Translations under genes and position numbers: made by a program
NCBI GenBank assembly: GCA_012515515.1
Contig: JAAYYE010000011.1
Coordinates: 1,723 to 65,722 of the forward strand
DNA length: 64,000 bases
Reading direction: 5' to 3'
Source: Minisyncoccota bacterium
GTDB lineage: Bacteria; Patescibacteriota; Microgenomatia; UBA1400; PJMF01
The notes under the pieces: generated by a model
Database searches by the model: none
The model's input: only the letters and a program-made list of their open reading frames with translations
What the model was told of the DNA's origin: nothing
Shown here: one piece after another, positions 37,309-47,931 of the stretch
Numbering within the stretch: the stretch's first letter is position 1
Layout of the letters: every line of letters starts with the position of its first letter

Positions 37309-39990
37309 TTTATAAAGCTCGCCAACAACTAACACCAAGCTCGATAAAAGAAGGGCTCTAATCACTTCTACACTACTTAGATTGGTAAATCTTAGAAGGC
37401 TAGCCATAAAACTATTGCTTATGGCAAAATATAATAGTCCTAGGGAGGCTAGTACAGCTATTACTAAGGATTTATTGCTGAAAAAACCAATGCTAAATAC
37501 AGATCGATCTAGAGAGCGCATATTAAAAATATTCACCAACTGAGTTAAACAAAGTACTAGGAAGGCTCCTGTTCTAGCTTTTTCTACGCCCTGAGGTAGC
37601 AAATCAATAAACATCCAGAGGGAACTGGCAACCATACACAACATAATTGGTGTTAAAAATCCCAGCATTTTTACTGATAAGATATTTTCATCTTTGGCTC
37701 TTGGCTTTTGATTTAAAACATCACCGTGTCCTGGTTCGACTGCTAAGGGCATATCAATCAATCCATCGGTTACCAAGTTAACCCATAAAATTTGTGAGGC
37801 AAGTAGGGGCAGTGGTAATCCAAAGACGATAGAAATCATGATTACTAGATATTCAGCTAAATTTGTTGTAATTAAAAAGGCGCTAGCTTGTCTGATGTTA
37901 TTAAAAACTACTCTGCCTTCTTCAACTGCATCAATTAGAGAAGCAAAATTATCATCGGCTAAAACAATATCACTTGCTTCTTTCGCAACATCGGTCCCTA
38001 TTTGGCCCATGGCTATGCCAATATTGGCTTTTTTAAGGGCTAGAACATCGTTAACACCATCGCCAGTCATGGCTACGATGTGTCCAAGTTCTTGCAATCT
38101 CTCTAAAATCCTTAGTTTCATTTTGGGTGTTAAGCGTGCAAAAACAGAAACTTGTTCAATTGCTTGATCAAACTCTTGGCAGCTTAATTTTTCTAAATCA
38201 GCTTCAGTCATCACTAAGGAAAATTCAGTGCTTACTTCTTTTTCGTCAATAATCCCAACTTGCTTGGCAATTGCTAAGGCTGTTTCTTTATGATCGCCAG
38301 TTTTCATAATGACTCTGACGCCAGCTTTTTTGGCTTTTTTAATTGCTTCAGCAACGCCTTTGCGAGGAGGATCAATCATGCCGACAAAGCCAACAAAGAC
38401 TAAATTATTGAGTGAATTGGTTGAAAGCTTGGCAGTTTCTTCGTTGCTTTTTTTATAAGCATGAGCAATGACCCTCATGGCTTGGGTAGAAAACTCTTTG
38501 ACTTTTTCTAACAACAGTTCCTTATCTTTTGCGTTGAGTTCAATGACTTCTTTATTTAGCAATTGTTTATGACACAGTTTAATAATTGATTCTGGAGCGC
38601 CACTCACATAGATTTCTTTTGTGTCATTTTCTTCTATGAGTATTGCTTTTAACTTTAAATCCTGGTCAAAGGGTAATTGGTGTTCGATTTCAATTTTTTT
38701 TAATTGTTCGTTTAATTGGGCTTTATAGCTGAGCACAGTTGCAGCTCCATCAGTAGGATCACCACTAATTTGGTAATCGGGCTTATTTTTAGTACCTTTA
38801 TTAATTAAGCGAGCACGACTGTTGAGGCCGGCAATTGATATTAACTTTTTTAGGGCAAAATTATTTTGTGGATTAACAGCTTCTCCTTTTTTGAAAAATT
38901 TTCCTACTGGATTCCAGCCTGAGCCAGACACAGAAACAACTTGATTGTTTAGATAAATTTCTGTGATAGTCATGCTGTTTTGCGTGAGGGTGCCGGTTTT
39001 ATCGGTGGCAATAATATCGGTGACGCTTAGGGTTTCAGTGGCTGGTAGAGATCGAATAATGGCATTTTTTTTGGCCATTCTTCTGGCTCCAAAAGCTAAT
39101 ACAATAATGAGAATGATTGGTAGTCCTTCAGGAATGCCAGCCACCAAAGACGCCACTGTAAAAGTAAAAACATCAGCAAAACTCATTTGCTTGGAAAAGT
39201 AGCTGGTGACTAAAATAAACAAGGCGCCAAAAATTGAAATCAACGACATTTGTTTTACTAAGCGTTCGGTTTTAATATGAAAATGAGATTTTTCTTTTTT
39301 GATTTCTCCGAGAGTTTTAGCGATTTGCCCAAAGGCTGTCTGCACTCCTGTTTCAGTAACTAGGAATTTAGCAAAACCACTGACCACAAAAGTGCTCATC
39401 CACACATAATTATGTCGATCTGCCAATGGGGTTTTGTGTTTTATGCTTTCTGTTGTTTTCTCTACGGCAAAGGATTCGCCTGTTAGTGAAGACTCAATCA
39501 CTTGTAAATTGTGACTTTCTATTAAGCGACCGTCAGCGCCAACCTGATCGCCTTCTTCTAGTAAAACAATATCGCCAGGAACTAGGTCTATTGTTGCTAA
39601 TTCAATTAATTGACCATCACGATAAACTTTACTAGTGTCAACAACAATTTTCTTCAATGATTCTATAGCTCGATTAGCTTTATATTCCTGAATAAAACCA
39701 ATGACCACATCTGTTAATAGGGCAAAAATTATGAAATATGTATCAATTTTATGGTCGAGGAAATAGGTAATAATAGCCGCGCTCAGCAAAATAAAAAACA
39801 ACAGATTGTTAATTTGATCCCAAAGCAGATTAAGAATTAAGTGCTTGGGTTTATTGTCTGTAATTTTATTGGGCCCGTATTGTTTTTGGCGCTTGGAGGC
39901 TTCGACAGTGCTTAAACCATTAATTGGGTCAGTCTGCAGTTCTTCTAAAGCTTCTTGATAATCTACACTGTAATAGGGAATTTTTGGCAC
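37276..39990 (-). CDS. P-type cation-transporting ATPase, P2 (Ca2+)-type
   Basis: DKTGTLT phosphorylation motif, IPEGLP, GDGVND and TGES motifs. About ten TM helices. Confidence 0.85.
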   Translation of the reverse strand: MPKIPYYSVDYQEALEELQTDPINGLSTVEASKRQKQYGPNKITDNKPKHLILNLLWDQINNLLFFILLSAAIITYFLDHKIDTYFIIFALLTDVVIGFIQEYKANRAIESLKKIVVDTSKVYRDGQLIELATIDLVPGDIVLLEEGDQVGADGRLIESHNLQVIESSLTGESFAVEKTTESIKHKTPLADRHNYVWMSTFVVSGFAKFLVTETGVQTAFGQIAKTLGEIKKEKSHFHIKTERLVKQMSLISIFGALFILVTSYFSKQMSFADVFTFTVASLVAGIPEGLPIILIIVLAFGARRMAKKNAIIRSLPATETLSVTDIIATDKTGTLTQNSMTITEIYLNNQVVSVSGSGWNPVGKFFKKGEAVNPQNNFALKKLISIAGLNSRARLINKGTKNKPDYQISGDPTDGAATVLSYKAQLNEQLKKIEIEHQLPFDQDLKLKAILIEENDTKEIYVSGAPESIIKLCHKQLLNKEVIELNAKDKELLLEKVKEFSTQAMRVIAHAYKKSNEETAKLSTNSLNNLVFVGFVGMIDPPRKGVAEAIKKAKKAGVRVIMKTGDHKETALAIAKQVGIIDEKEVSTEFSLVMTEADLEKLSCQEFDQAIEQVSVFARLTPKMKLRILERLQELGHIVAMTGDGVNDVLALKKANIGIAMGQIGTDVAKEASDIVLADDNFASLIDAVEEGRVVFNNIRQASAFLITTNLAEYLVIMISIVFGLPLPLLASQILWVNLVTDGLIDMPLAVEPGHGDVLNQKPRAKDENILSVKMLGFLTPIMLCMVASSLWMFIDLLPQGVEKARTGAFLVLCLTQLVNIFNMRSLDRSVFSIGFFSNKSLVIAVLASLGLLYFAISNSFMASLLRFTNLSSVEVIRALLLSSLVLVVGELYKLGRNFISKNQ

Positions 39991-40079
39991 AATAATTTAG
40001 TTTAACAAAATTATCAAGTTGCAACAAGCTTTTAGTCTAGTGTTTCTGTTCACTAACTGCTAAACTATAGCGGTTAATT

Positions 40080-41927
40080 ATGCTAAAACGAATTTTAGAA
40101 TACGCCAAGCCTTTTCGTAAAACCTTAATTTGGGTTAGTTTTTTGATATTGCTGATGGCTTTGCTTGGTCAGGTTGAGCCTTTTATTACTCGATCTATTA
40201 CTGATAGTTTAGTGCAGAGTCAGGGCGATGGTCAGGGTTTATTTACTTATATTGGTATTTTGCTTTTGGTTTTATTGCTAGTGAAGCTAGTTCAATCAGG
40301 ATTGAATCGTTTGTCTTGGTTTCTTACTAATATTTTTGTGATTAAATTTGAGGCACATTTAAAATCATTGAGTTTTGATCATTTGATGAACTTATCTTTA
40401 TCATTTTTTAATCAACAAGAAAGCGGTAAGATCATCAGTAAGCTTGATCGAGGCGTAAATCGCTTAATTTCAATTATCAATAATTCAGGCATGCATTTTC
40501 TGCCCAATGTTATTACGGCTATTATTTCTTTTGCGATTGTTATTTATTATGAATGGCGGATTGGCGTAATTACGGTGCTGGCTTTTATTCCTTATATTGT
40601 AATCAATCGTTGGCGTTTTGAAAAAAATAGTAAATTGGAGCACGAAGAGCATCAGCTTTACGACAGGCACTATGCTCATTTTTACGAAGTTTTAAGCTCC
40701 ATGGAATTAATCAAAGCTTTTCGAGCTGAAGAATTTGAAAAAAAGAATCTGAGAACTTTTTTCAAAAAAGCTATTCGTCTTCGTCAAGAAATGGAAAACA
40801 ATACCAATCGATCTATGGTTGGTGATATTCTTTTAGAACTCCTCAGCTGGTTTATGTATGCTTATATTGTTTATATTACTTGGCAGGGTCAAATTACCAT
40901 TGGCACTTTAATTTTATTAGTTAGTTTAATTCAATTGATTAGGCAACCGCTTTGGCAGCTGAATTGGATTTTTTGGGAAGTTAAAAAAGCTCAAATTGGG
41001 GCAAGAGATTTTTTCAAAATTATGGATGCCAAGTCCGATGTTGTCGATCCAGTTAAACCTTTAGAGATTAAAGATGTTAAGGGTGAAATTGTTTTTGATA
41101 ATGTTTCTTTTACTTATAAACAAGACGCCTTTAACTATTTTGACAAAAACTATGATGAGCAGACTAAAAATGAACAACAAGACGAGGAGAGGCCCAAGCA
41201 AATCCCACGCAATTTACAAGTTTTTAAGGATGTGTCTTTTACGATTAAGCCAGGAGAAATGACGGCTTTTGTTGGTCCTTCTGGGGCTGGAAAAACCACT
41301 ATTGCGAGTATGCTGATGCGTTTTTTTGATCCTGATCAAGGAAAAATTCTCTTAGATGGTGTGGATGTTAAAAATTTTCGGCAACGCGATTTGCGCTCGC
41401 AAATTGGCTTGGTGAGTCAAAGTGTTTATTTATTTTCTAGTTCTATTGAAGAAAATCTGCGCTATGCCAAACCCAATGCCACTGAAGCTGAAATGTGGCA
41501 AGCTTGTAAAATTGCCCGAGCCGATGAGTTTATTGAAAAACTTGATAAAGGTTTAAAAACTACCATTGGCGAACGTGGGGTAAGACTCTCTGGGGGACAA
41601 CGCCAGCGCTTATCTTTGGCAAGAACTATTTTGCGAGATCCAAAAATTATTATTTTAGATGAAGCGACTAGCGCACTCGATTCAGAATCCGAAATGTATA
41701 TTCAGCAAGCCTTGACTGAAGTCTTAAAAAATCGCACTTCAGTGGTTATTGCTCATCGTTTATCAACGGTGCAGCGCTCTGATAAAATTATTGTGATTAA
41801 AGATCAACACTTGTTAGAAGAGGGCACTCATCAACAATTACTCAAAAAAGATGGTTTGTATGCAAGCCTGTTTAAGATTCAGTCTGGAGATTTAAGCAAA
41901 TTAAAAGAGTGGGATTTAGTGGGATAG
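40080..41927 (+). CDS. ABC exporter, fused permease-ATPase (MsbA-like)
   Basis: Six N-terminal TM helices. Walker A GPSGAGKTT, ABC signature LSGGQRQR, Walker B IIILDEATS. Confidence 0.85.
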   Translation: MLKRILEYAKPFRKTLIWVSFLILLMALLGQVEPFITRSITDSLVQSQGDGQGLFTYIGILLLVLLLVKLVQSGLNRLSWFLTNIFVIKFEAHLKSLSFDHLMNLSLSFFNQQESGKIISKLDRGVNRLISIINNSGMHFLPNVITAIISFAIVIYYEWRIGVITVLAFIPYIVINRWRFEKNSKLEHEEHQLYDRHYAHFYEVLSSMELIKAFRAEEFEKKNLRTFFKKAIRLRQEMENNTNRSMVGDILLELLSWFMYAYIVYITWQGQITIGTLILLVSLIQLIRQPLWQLNWIFWEVKKAQIGARDFFKIMDAKSDVVDPVKPLEIKDVKGEIVFDNVSFTYKQDAFNYFDKNYDEQTKNEQQDEERPKQIPRNLQVFKDVSFTIKPGEMTAFVGPSGAGKTTIASMLMRFFDPDQGKILLDGVDVKNFRQRDLRSQIGLVSQSVYLFSSSIEENLRYAKPNATEAEMWQACKIARADEFIEKLDKGLKTTIGERGVRLSGGQRQRLSLARTILRDPKIIILDEATSALDSESEMYIQQALTEVLKNRTSVVIAHRLSTVQRSDKIIVIKDQHLLEEGTHQQLLKKDGLYASLFKIQSGDLSKLKEWDLVG

Positions 41928-41991
41928 TATATAATCAATGAGTTATATTAATTATTACTTTAAAAGCAATATAAAAATAATTTAAAAACAT

Positions 41992-42429
41992 ATGAACAAA
42001 ACTAACAAAAATCTCAATATTATTTTAATTGTTGTCGCCGTAGCCATTGTTGCTTGGGTGGCTTTGGACTTGTTTGTTTTAAATGGTCAAGGACTATCTA
42101 AAAAAGCAGACAATGCCGAACAAGAATCAGTCGTAGCGCAGGTCGGAGAGCCAGTTGATAATGACATTTTTTATTGGGGCGATGGTTGTCCTCACTGTCA
42201 GGATGTTAAAGATTGGATGGCAGCCAATAAGGCTGAAGAAAAAATCGAAATTGAGAGTAAAGAGGTTTATAACAATCGCACTAATTCTGCCGAATTAACT
42301 GCTAGAGCGAAAAGCTGTGGCATGGATACTCAGCGTATTGGCGTGCCTTTTTTATATACCGTTGATGGTCAATGTTTAGTGGGTTCTCCACCAATTATTG
42401 AATACTTGACGGCCAAGATTGCTGAATAA
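41992..42429 (+). CDS. Membrane-anchored thioredoxin-fold protein with CPHC active site (DsbA/thioredoxin-like)
   Basis: N-terminal TM helix. WGDGCPHCQD redox motif. Confidence 0.5.
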   Translation: MNKTNKNLNIILIVVAVAIVAWVALDLFVLNGQGLSKKADNAEQESVVAQVGEPVDNDIFYWGDGCPHCQDVKDWMAANKAEEKIEIESKEVYNNRTNSAELTARAKSCGMDTQRIGVPFLYTVDGQCLVGSPPIIEYLTAKIAE

Positions 42430-42512
42430 AGCTGTTCCAAATAATTCTTTTTTTTGCCTGAGTTTTATCTGAATTTTGTAGTATATTATACTCAAGTTAA
42501 CGAAAGGATTTT

Positions 42513-43769
42513 ATGTCACGTCGTGATTTTTTCAAAGTTTTAGAAAAAGAGGTAGCCCGCATTGATGAGGCTAGTGTTACTAAAAGAAAAGAGCACTTAA
42601 TTGAGGGTTTTACCCAGGAAGCTTCACCCAAAGCTTTGATTAATGGCAAAACCTATCGGATTTTTAATTCCAACGACTACTTAGGTTTGCGTCATCATCG
42701 CAAATTAAAAAAAGCTGAGCATCAAATGACTGAATTATGTGGGACGGGTCCTGGAGCGGTGCGCTTTATTTCTGGATCTTTTAAAGTCCATCGTGATTTA
42801 GAAAAAGCTTTGGCTAATTTTCATGGTCAAGAAGATGCTATGGTTTTTTCCAGCGCTTTTGCCACAAATTTAGCTGTGCTATTTAGTTTAATTAAAGGTC
42901 AAAGCAAGGATTCTCTCCTACAAAGTGAGGCTTTAGTTATTTCCGATGAATTAAATCATCGCAGTATTATTGATGGTATTCGGGTGGCCAATTTAGCCAG
43001 TGAGCAAAAGGCTATTTTTAAACATTTAGATCCCAAATCATTAGAAGAAATTTTGGCAAAAAATAGTAAAAAATTTAAACGAGCCTTAGTGGTGACTGAT
43101 GGCGTATTTTCCATGCTTGGCGAATACCAAAATTTGAAAAAACTACGCACTATTATTAATCGCTATGACAAAATTTATCCAGAAGGAGTTTTGCTGGTAG
43201 TTGATGATTGTCATGGAGTGGGAGCCTTTGGCAAAACTGGTCGTGGGACTGAAGAAGTGTCTGGAGCTAAAGCCGATGTGATGATTAGTACTTTAGGCAA
43301 AGGCTTGGGTGCTGATGGTGGTTATGTGGCAGGTAAACAGGCTATTATCGATTACTTGCGAGAATCAGCTGCTACTTATATTTACTCTAACTCAATTTCA
43401 CCAGGAACAGCCGCTGCCGCTTTAGCTGCGGTCAAATTAATTGACACTGAAACTGGAGCTAAATTGTTAAGGAATTTAGAAAATAATTTGGCTTATGTTA
43501 AAAAAGAATTATTAGCTTTAGGTTTTCAATTTGCCGCTGAATCTATTCATCCCATTCAAGCCATTTTAATTGGCGATACAGCAAAAACCAAAGCTCTCAC
43601 CCAAAAAATGTTTGAGCGCGGTTTCATGTTAACTAATATTAACTATCCTGTAGTGCCTAAAGGTAAAGACGAAATTAGAGTGCAAATTAGTGCCAGCCAC
43701 AATAAAGCAGATTTAAAAGCCTTCTTAAAAAATATTAAAGAAGTTGGCAAAGAGCTAGAAATTATTTAA
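42513..43769 (+). CDS. Alpha-oxoamine synthase family PLP enzyme (KBL/BioF/serine palmitoyltransferase-like)
   Basis: The PLP-lysine segment STLGKGLGADGGYVAG is typical of the 2-amino-3-ketobutyrate CoA ligase / AONS / SPT family. Confidence 0.75.
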   Translation: MSRRDFFKVLEKEVARIDEASVTKRKEHLIEGFTQEASPKALINGKTYRIFNSNDYLGLRHHRKLKKAEHQMTELCGTGPGAVRFISGSFKVHRDLEKALANFHGQEDAMVFSSAFATNLAVLFSLIKGQSKDSLLQSEALVISDELNHRSIIDGIRVANLASEQKAIFKHLDPKSLEEILAKNSKKFKRALVVTDGVFSMLGEYQNLKKLRTIINRYDKIYPEGVLLVVDDCHGVGAFGKTGRGTEEVSGAKADVMISTLGKGLGADGGYVAGKQAIIDYLRESAATYIYSNSISPGTAAAALAAVKLIDTETGAKLLRNLENNLAYVKKELLALGFQFAAESIHPIQAILIGDTAKTKALTQKMFERGFMLTNINYPVVPKGKDEIRVQISASHNKADLKAFLKNIKEVGKELEII

Positions 43770-43817
43770 TTTCTTTACTTGGCTTATTTGTTTTTTGCTA
43801 ATAGAATTAAATTAGCT

Positions 43818-44942
43818 ATGAATAATTTTTTGCAAAAACTTCTTATTGTTTTGATTCTTTTAGTCTCTTTTTTCAGTCCAAAGCATGTTCAAGCCCAAGA
43901 AATTAGGGGAGAAACACTCGAGGGTCGAGTCACAGACATTATCGAAAGTGGTGAAAAAATCATCGATGACCAGGCTTTTCCTTATCAAGTTTTAGAAATT
44001 CTTCTCAATAAAGGGAGTTTAGCAGGTTCAAAAATTCAAGTCGTCAATGAATCTAGCCTAGAAGCTAATAGTCTTACAGTAGTTAATTACCGCGAATATA
44101 AACTAGGCGAAAATTTAAGAATTTATACTGATTTTAATTTAGAAGAAGAGCGTTTTTTTGTCATTGAGGGTTTAGTTAAAAGACAGGCGCTCTTGTTTTT
44201 ATTAATTTTATTTGTGGTGGCAGTGTTGGTGGTGACGGGACGCTTGGGTTTATTTGCTTTGCTGAGTTTATTCCTTTCTTTTTTTGTCATTAGCAAGGTC
44301 TTAATTCCGATGATTATGGCTGGTCGTCCTCCTTTATTATCGGCTTTTGTGAGTTCCTTAATCATTATTCCAACTGGCTTTTATTTGGTTCATGGTTTTA
44401 ATAATAAAACTCATAGTGCCGTGATCGGGACTTTATTGTCTTTGCTCATCACCATGTTGTTGGCTTTTTATTTTGTTAATTCAACTAATTTAACAGGCTA
44501 TGCTAGTGAAGAGGCTATTTTTGTGCGCAACATGAGTCAGGGAAAAATTGACTTATTAAGTTTGTTGTTTGCGGGAATCATGATTGCCGCCTTGGGCGTA
44601 CTAGATGATGTGACTATTGGTCAGGCATCAGTGGTTGAGCAACTCAAATTAGCTGATCCGAAATTAGATAACTCCTCATTATTTCTAAAAAGCATGAAGG
44701 TCGGTCGAGACCATGTCTCATCAATGATCAACACCTTAATTTTAGTCTATGCGGGATCAGCCATGCCTTTATTACTTTTATTTTTTGATGGTCAACATAG
44801 CTTTATTGATGTGATTGAATTAGAAATTGTTGCCGAAGAAATTGTGCGCACCCTAGTGAATAGCTTGGGCTTGATGCTGGCAGTTCCTTTAACAACTTTT
44901 CTCAAAGTTTTTGTCTTTGAGACTAAAGCGCAGTCGGATTAG
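43818..44942 (+). CDS. YibE/F-family-like polytopic membrane protein
   Basis: Signal peptide, an N-terminal extracytoplasmic domain, multiple TM helices and a GVLDDVTIGQ motif. The start is taken at MNNFLQK. Confidence 0.45.
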   Translation: MNNFLQKLLIVLILLVSFFSPKHVQAQEIRGETLEGRVTDIIESGEKIIDDQAFPYQVLEILLNKGSLAGSKIQVVNESSLEANSLTVVNYREYKLGENLRIYTDFNLEEERFFVIEGLVKRQALLFLLILFVVAVLVVTGRLGLFALLSLFLSFFVISKVLIPMIMAGRPPLLSAFVSSLIIIPTGFYLVHGFNNKTHSAVIGTLLSLLITMLLAFYFVNSTNLTGYASEEAIFVRNMSQGKIDLLSLLFAGIMIAALGVLDDVTIGQASVVEQLKLADPKLDNSSLFLKSMKVGRDHVSSMINTLILVYAGSAMPLLLLFFDGQHSFIDVIELEIVAEEIVRTLVNSLGLMLAVPLTTFLKVFVFETKAQSD

Positions 44943-45648
44943 TGCTTTGCGTGGCTAATTCAAAGATGATTTTTTTCTCGTTTCCTACGATGGTTGAGGC
45001 CAAACGACTATTAACTTCTAGATAAAGTTTTGTCCAGTCCTTTTTCTTTTTTTCTAAACTTTTAAATTTTTGACTAAACATTTCTCCATAGTCTTGCATT
45101 GCTTCCGTAATTTCAGGTGTTTCTTTTTGAATATCAATATTTGCTTGTTCTGCTTGTTGATATTGTTGCTTTTCTTCTTCAATTTTATTAAGTTCATTAG
45201 CTATCAGTAATTGAATTTGTCGAAGAATGAATTGTTCAAAGCGCTTAGCTAATTGATCGGTTTTTATAGCGCTCTCGCGGCTATCTTTTTTGGCCAAAAC
45301 CTCTCTTTGAGCTAATTCAGCAAAAACCGCTGATACTAATGGATCACCTGGAGGTCCAAATTGCTCTCTGAGATATAAGGAAGCAATTTGTTCTTCTTTT
45401 TTGTCTAGTAATTGGGCAATTTCTGTTTGGAGAGTGGTAATCATTGTTTCGCCAGTGAGACTGATGCTTCTAATTAAATTTTGGCTGGTATTGTCAACTT
45501 GCTCAGTCAAATTTTTCAAAAACTCAACGGGATTTTGCTCTATCATTCTTAAATCTACGCCATCATCTAGATGCGCAGAAACTTCTTGTTTCCAATTTTC
45601 TCCATACCAATTATTAGCGTATTCGCGGGAAGAAACATTTTCTTTCAT
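44923..45648 (-). CDS. Hypothetical coiled-coil protein
   Basis: Intact ORF rich in E, K and Q. No domain recognised. Confidence 0.4.
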   Translation of the reverse strand: MKENVSSREYANNWYGENWKQEVSAHLDDGVDLRMIEQNPVEFLKNLTEQVDNTSQNLIRSISLTGETMITTLQTEIAQLLDKKEEQIASLYLREQFGPPGDPLVSAVFAELAQREVLAKKDSRESAIKTDQLAKRFEQFILRQIQLLIANELNKIEEEKQQYQQAEQANIDIQKETPEITEAMQDYGEMFSQKFKSLEKKKKDWTKLYLEVNSRLASTIVGNEKKIIFELATQSTNPTAL

Positions 45649-45904
45649 TAAGCCTTTCTTAAGCTCTATTAGCTAAGTTCATGTTCAATGAACTTCAATT
45701 AATAATTGCCGTGGAAAAGCCTTGAAAAATCGTTTGATGCTCGTCAAAACTGATTTGGGCTGAAGATCGGACTTAGTTGCCTTGAGGACAAAATTACCGT
45801 TGCGGCACAGTCATGGAATTTCACCATGTTCCACAGCAAATTCAATTTAACAGAAAATTTTTATTAAGGCAATGCTTAATTTACTTTGGCTTGAGTTTGC
45901 TATT

Positions 45905-46015
45905 TACTTGCAGGGGCTATTCATTTGCAGTGCTTATCAGCAGCGGGGGCTTAATCTACAGCTATTCACCCGCAGGGATTTCACTTGTGGGGACTATTCA
46001 CCGGCAGGGGTTTCG
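45905..46015. repeat. Cluster of three degenerate ~18-bp direct repeats (G/A)CTATTCA(C)..GCAGGG
   Basis: The three copies are GGGGCTATTCATTTGCAG, AGCTATTCACCCGCAGGG and GGGACTATTCACCGGCAGGGG. They straddle the stop codon of the LCP gene. Confidence 0.4.
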
Positions 46016-47133
46016 CTGGCAAGGTTTTGTTGAATAAAACTTTGCAGCTCGCTCCAGTTGTTATGACCAACTTTAGGTATGAGCACAGAACCATTATTAC
46101 TCTTAGAACTCGTTAAAACGTTTTCAGTGCTAATATTAATATTTTTGATAGCAAAATCATTGGCGTTGATTAATAATGGAGCAAAATATTGAAGAATAGT
46201 TAAATCAAAATCGCTAGCCACATGTTGACCCACTTGTTTAAAAAAACGAGGAATGTTGCTTAAGGCATCTAAATCAAATAATTTTTTTCTAATACCCGTT
46301 AGTACCTCAACTTGACGACGACTGCGATCAAAATCACTTGAGCTGTGGCGAGAGCGAACATATTTTAAGGCATCTCCTCCCTCCATTTTTTGTGTTCCAG
46401 CCGAGAAATAAATTTTTTCATATCTACAAGCAAATTGTTTTTCTAATTCAAAACCACTTAAAGTTTCCGTTAAATGGGCTATTTCTTCATTACTATGCCC
46501 ACAAGGATCGAGTTGCCTGCCTTCAATCGGATACCATTGGTCAGCAAAGTCTGTTTTGACATCAACTTCTATACTGCCAAGCTCCTGACCAACCAAACGC
46601 TGAAAACCCACAAAATCTATGGCAATAAAATATTTGATGTTTAAATTGCTGACCGAAGACAATAAATTTTTAGTGACTTGGCCGGCATTTATTATCGGTT
46701 CTGAACCACTCATGTGTGAGCTAAATACCGTATTAATTTTACGATAACTGCCATCGTTTAGTTTTAATTCTAAATCTCTGGGTATGGAGATAAAGGCAAT
46801 AATTTTATTTTCAAAATCTATATGAGCAATTTGAATGAGGTCGGCTAACATGCCACCTTGATGACCAGCACCTCCATAGCCAATTAATAAAACATTCAGC
46901 TCTTTTTGATCGTCACTGGCAATTTGACTCAGATCATCATTTAACTGAGGTATTTGCTGATTTTCCTGAGCGACATCAGCTTTTTGCTCTTTTTGTAATT
47001 GACGAAAAGTAACAGCTGTTGAAACCCCAACACTCATGAGCAATAAAAATAAAAAAGTAAAAAATAATCTCTTCTGTTTTTTACTTAATCCTCGATATGA
47101 ATTTAATAATTTTTGTTTTAGTTTCTGTAGCAT
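45994..47133 (-). CDS. LytR-CpsA-Psr (LCP) family cell-envelope protein
   Basis: N-terminal TM helix, then the LCP core (LNVLLIGYGGAGHQGG ... ISIPRDLELKL ... KINTVF). The start is taken at the second Met (MLQKLKQK), because the first (47175) would overlap the divergent gene. Confidence 0.7.
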   Translation of the reverse strand: MLQKLKQKLLNSYRGLSKKQKRLFFTFLFLLLMSVGVSTAVTFRQLQKEQKADVAQENQQIPQLNDDLSQIASDDQKELNVLLIGYGGAGHQGGMLADLIQIAHIDFENKIIAFISIPRDLELKLNDGSYRKINTVFSSHMSGSEPIINAGQVTKNLLSSVSNLNIKYFIAIDFVGFQRLVGQELGSIEVDVKTDFADQWYPIEGRQLDPCGHSNEEIAHLTETLSGFELEKQFACRYEKIYFSAGTQKMEGGDALKYVRSRHSSSDFDRSRRQVEVLTGIRKKLFDLDALSNIPRFFKQVGQHVASDFDLTILQYFAPLLINANDFAIKNINISTENVLTSSKSNNGSVLIPKVGHNNWSELQSFIQQNLASETPAGE

Positions 47134-47173
47134 TTGCGTGATTTTAGTATATCTTAAATGATATAATAAACAC

Positions 47174-47893
47174 ATGTCAAAAAATTCTTTTTTTACTTTG
47201 CAAAATAATCAATTTCCTTATAATAAATTAAGATTTCCTGGTCAAGGTAGTGATGAAAAAATCCTATATGTGACGCGAGAGCATGTCATATTTTTAGTCT
47301 ATAAAATCCTCTTCATCTTATTAATTGCTGTAACGATTATTGTTGCTAGTGTGATGTTAAATAGAAGTTTTGGTCAAGTTTTTCATAATCAGCTTTTATC
47401 CAGCATCTTGGCGATTGGATTATTAGTCTTTTTTGTATTTATTTTATTGGGCGTGTGGTGGGTGTTTACCTTGTGGAAAAAATCAGTGGCCATTGTCACT
47501 AACAAGCGTCTAATTAAATTTATTTACACAACCCCAGTCAATCGTTACAACATGAGCTTACCCCTAGAAATGATCGTTGACACTAGTTATCACAACAAGG
47601 GTTTTCTTAGTTCATATTTAAATATTGGCAGCATTACTGCCCGATCTAGTGCCAGCAGTTCTGGAGTGGCAACAGATGATGTTACGCGAGTTAATAAAAA
47701 ATATTTTTATTTAGAAAATATTCAATATGCTGAAGATTTACAGCAATATTTAAATAAGCTTATCAATGCTTTACACAAAGATTCCTCAGCTTTAAATGAT
47801 TTGCGTCCATTTTTACCCAATTTAAAAGGGGAGGAGAGAGAAGAATTTTTAAGAGAAAATTATCCTCAATACGCAAAAAACGCAAAAAAATAG
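47174..47893 (+). CDS. Membrane protein with bacterial PH (bPH_2/DUF304-like) domain
   Basis: Two TM helices, followed by IVTNKRLIKFIY...LPLEMIVDTSYHNKGFL, which resembles YdbS/YdbT-type bPH domains. Confidence 0.4.
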   Translation: MSKNSFFTLQNNQFPYNKLRFPGQGSDEKILYVTREHVIFLVYKILFILLIAVTIIVASVMLNRSFGQVFHNQLLSSILAIGLLVFFVFILLGVWWVFTLWKKSVAIVTNKRLIKFIYTTPVNRYNMSLPLEMIVDTSYHNKGFLSSYLNIGSITARSSASSSGVATDDVTRVNKKYFYLENIQYAEDLQQYLNKLINALHKDSSALNDLRPFLPNLKGEEREEFLRENYPQYAKNAKK

Positions 47894-47931
47894 GCCAGTC
47901 AGACACTGCTTAAATCTGTTAAACTACCCTT

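Noticed and set aside
45813-46037. 74-aa plus-strand ORF
   Set aside because: Created by the direct-repeat cluster at the 3' end of the LCP gene. No RBS. It overlaps the LCP coding sequence on the other strand.
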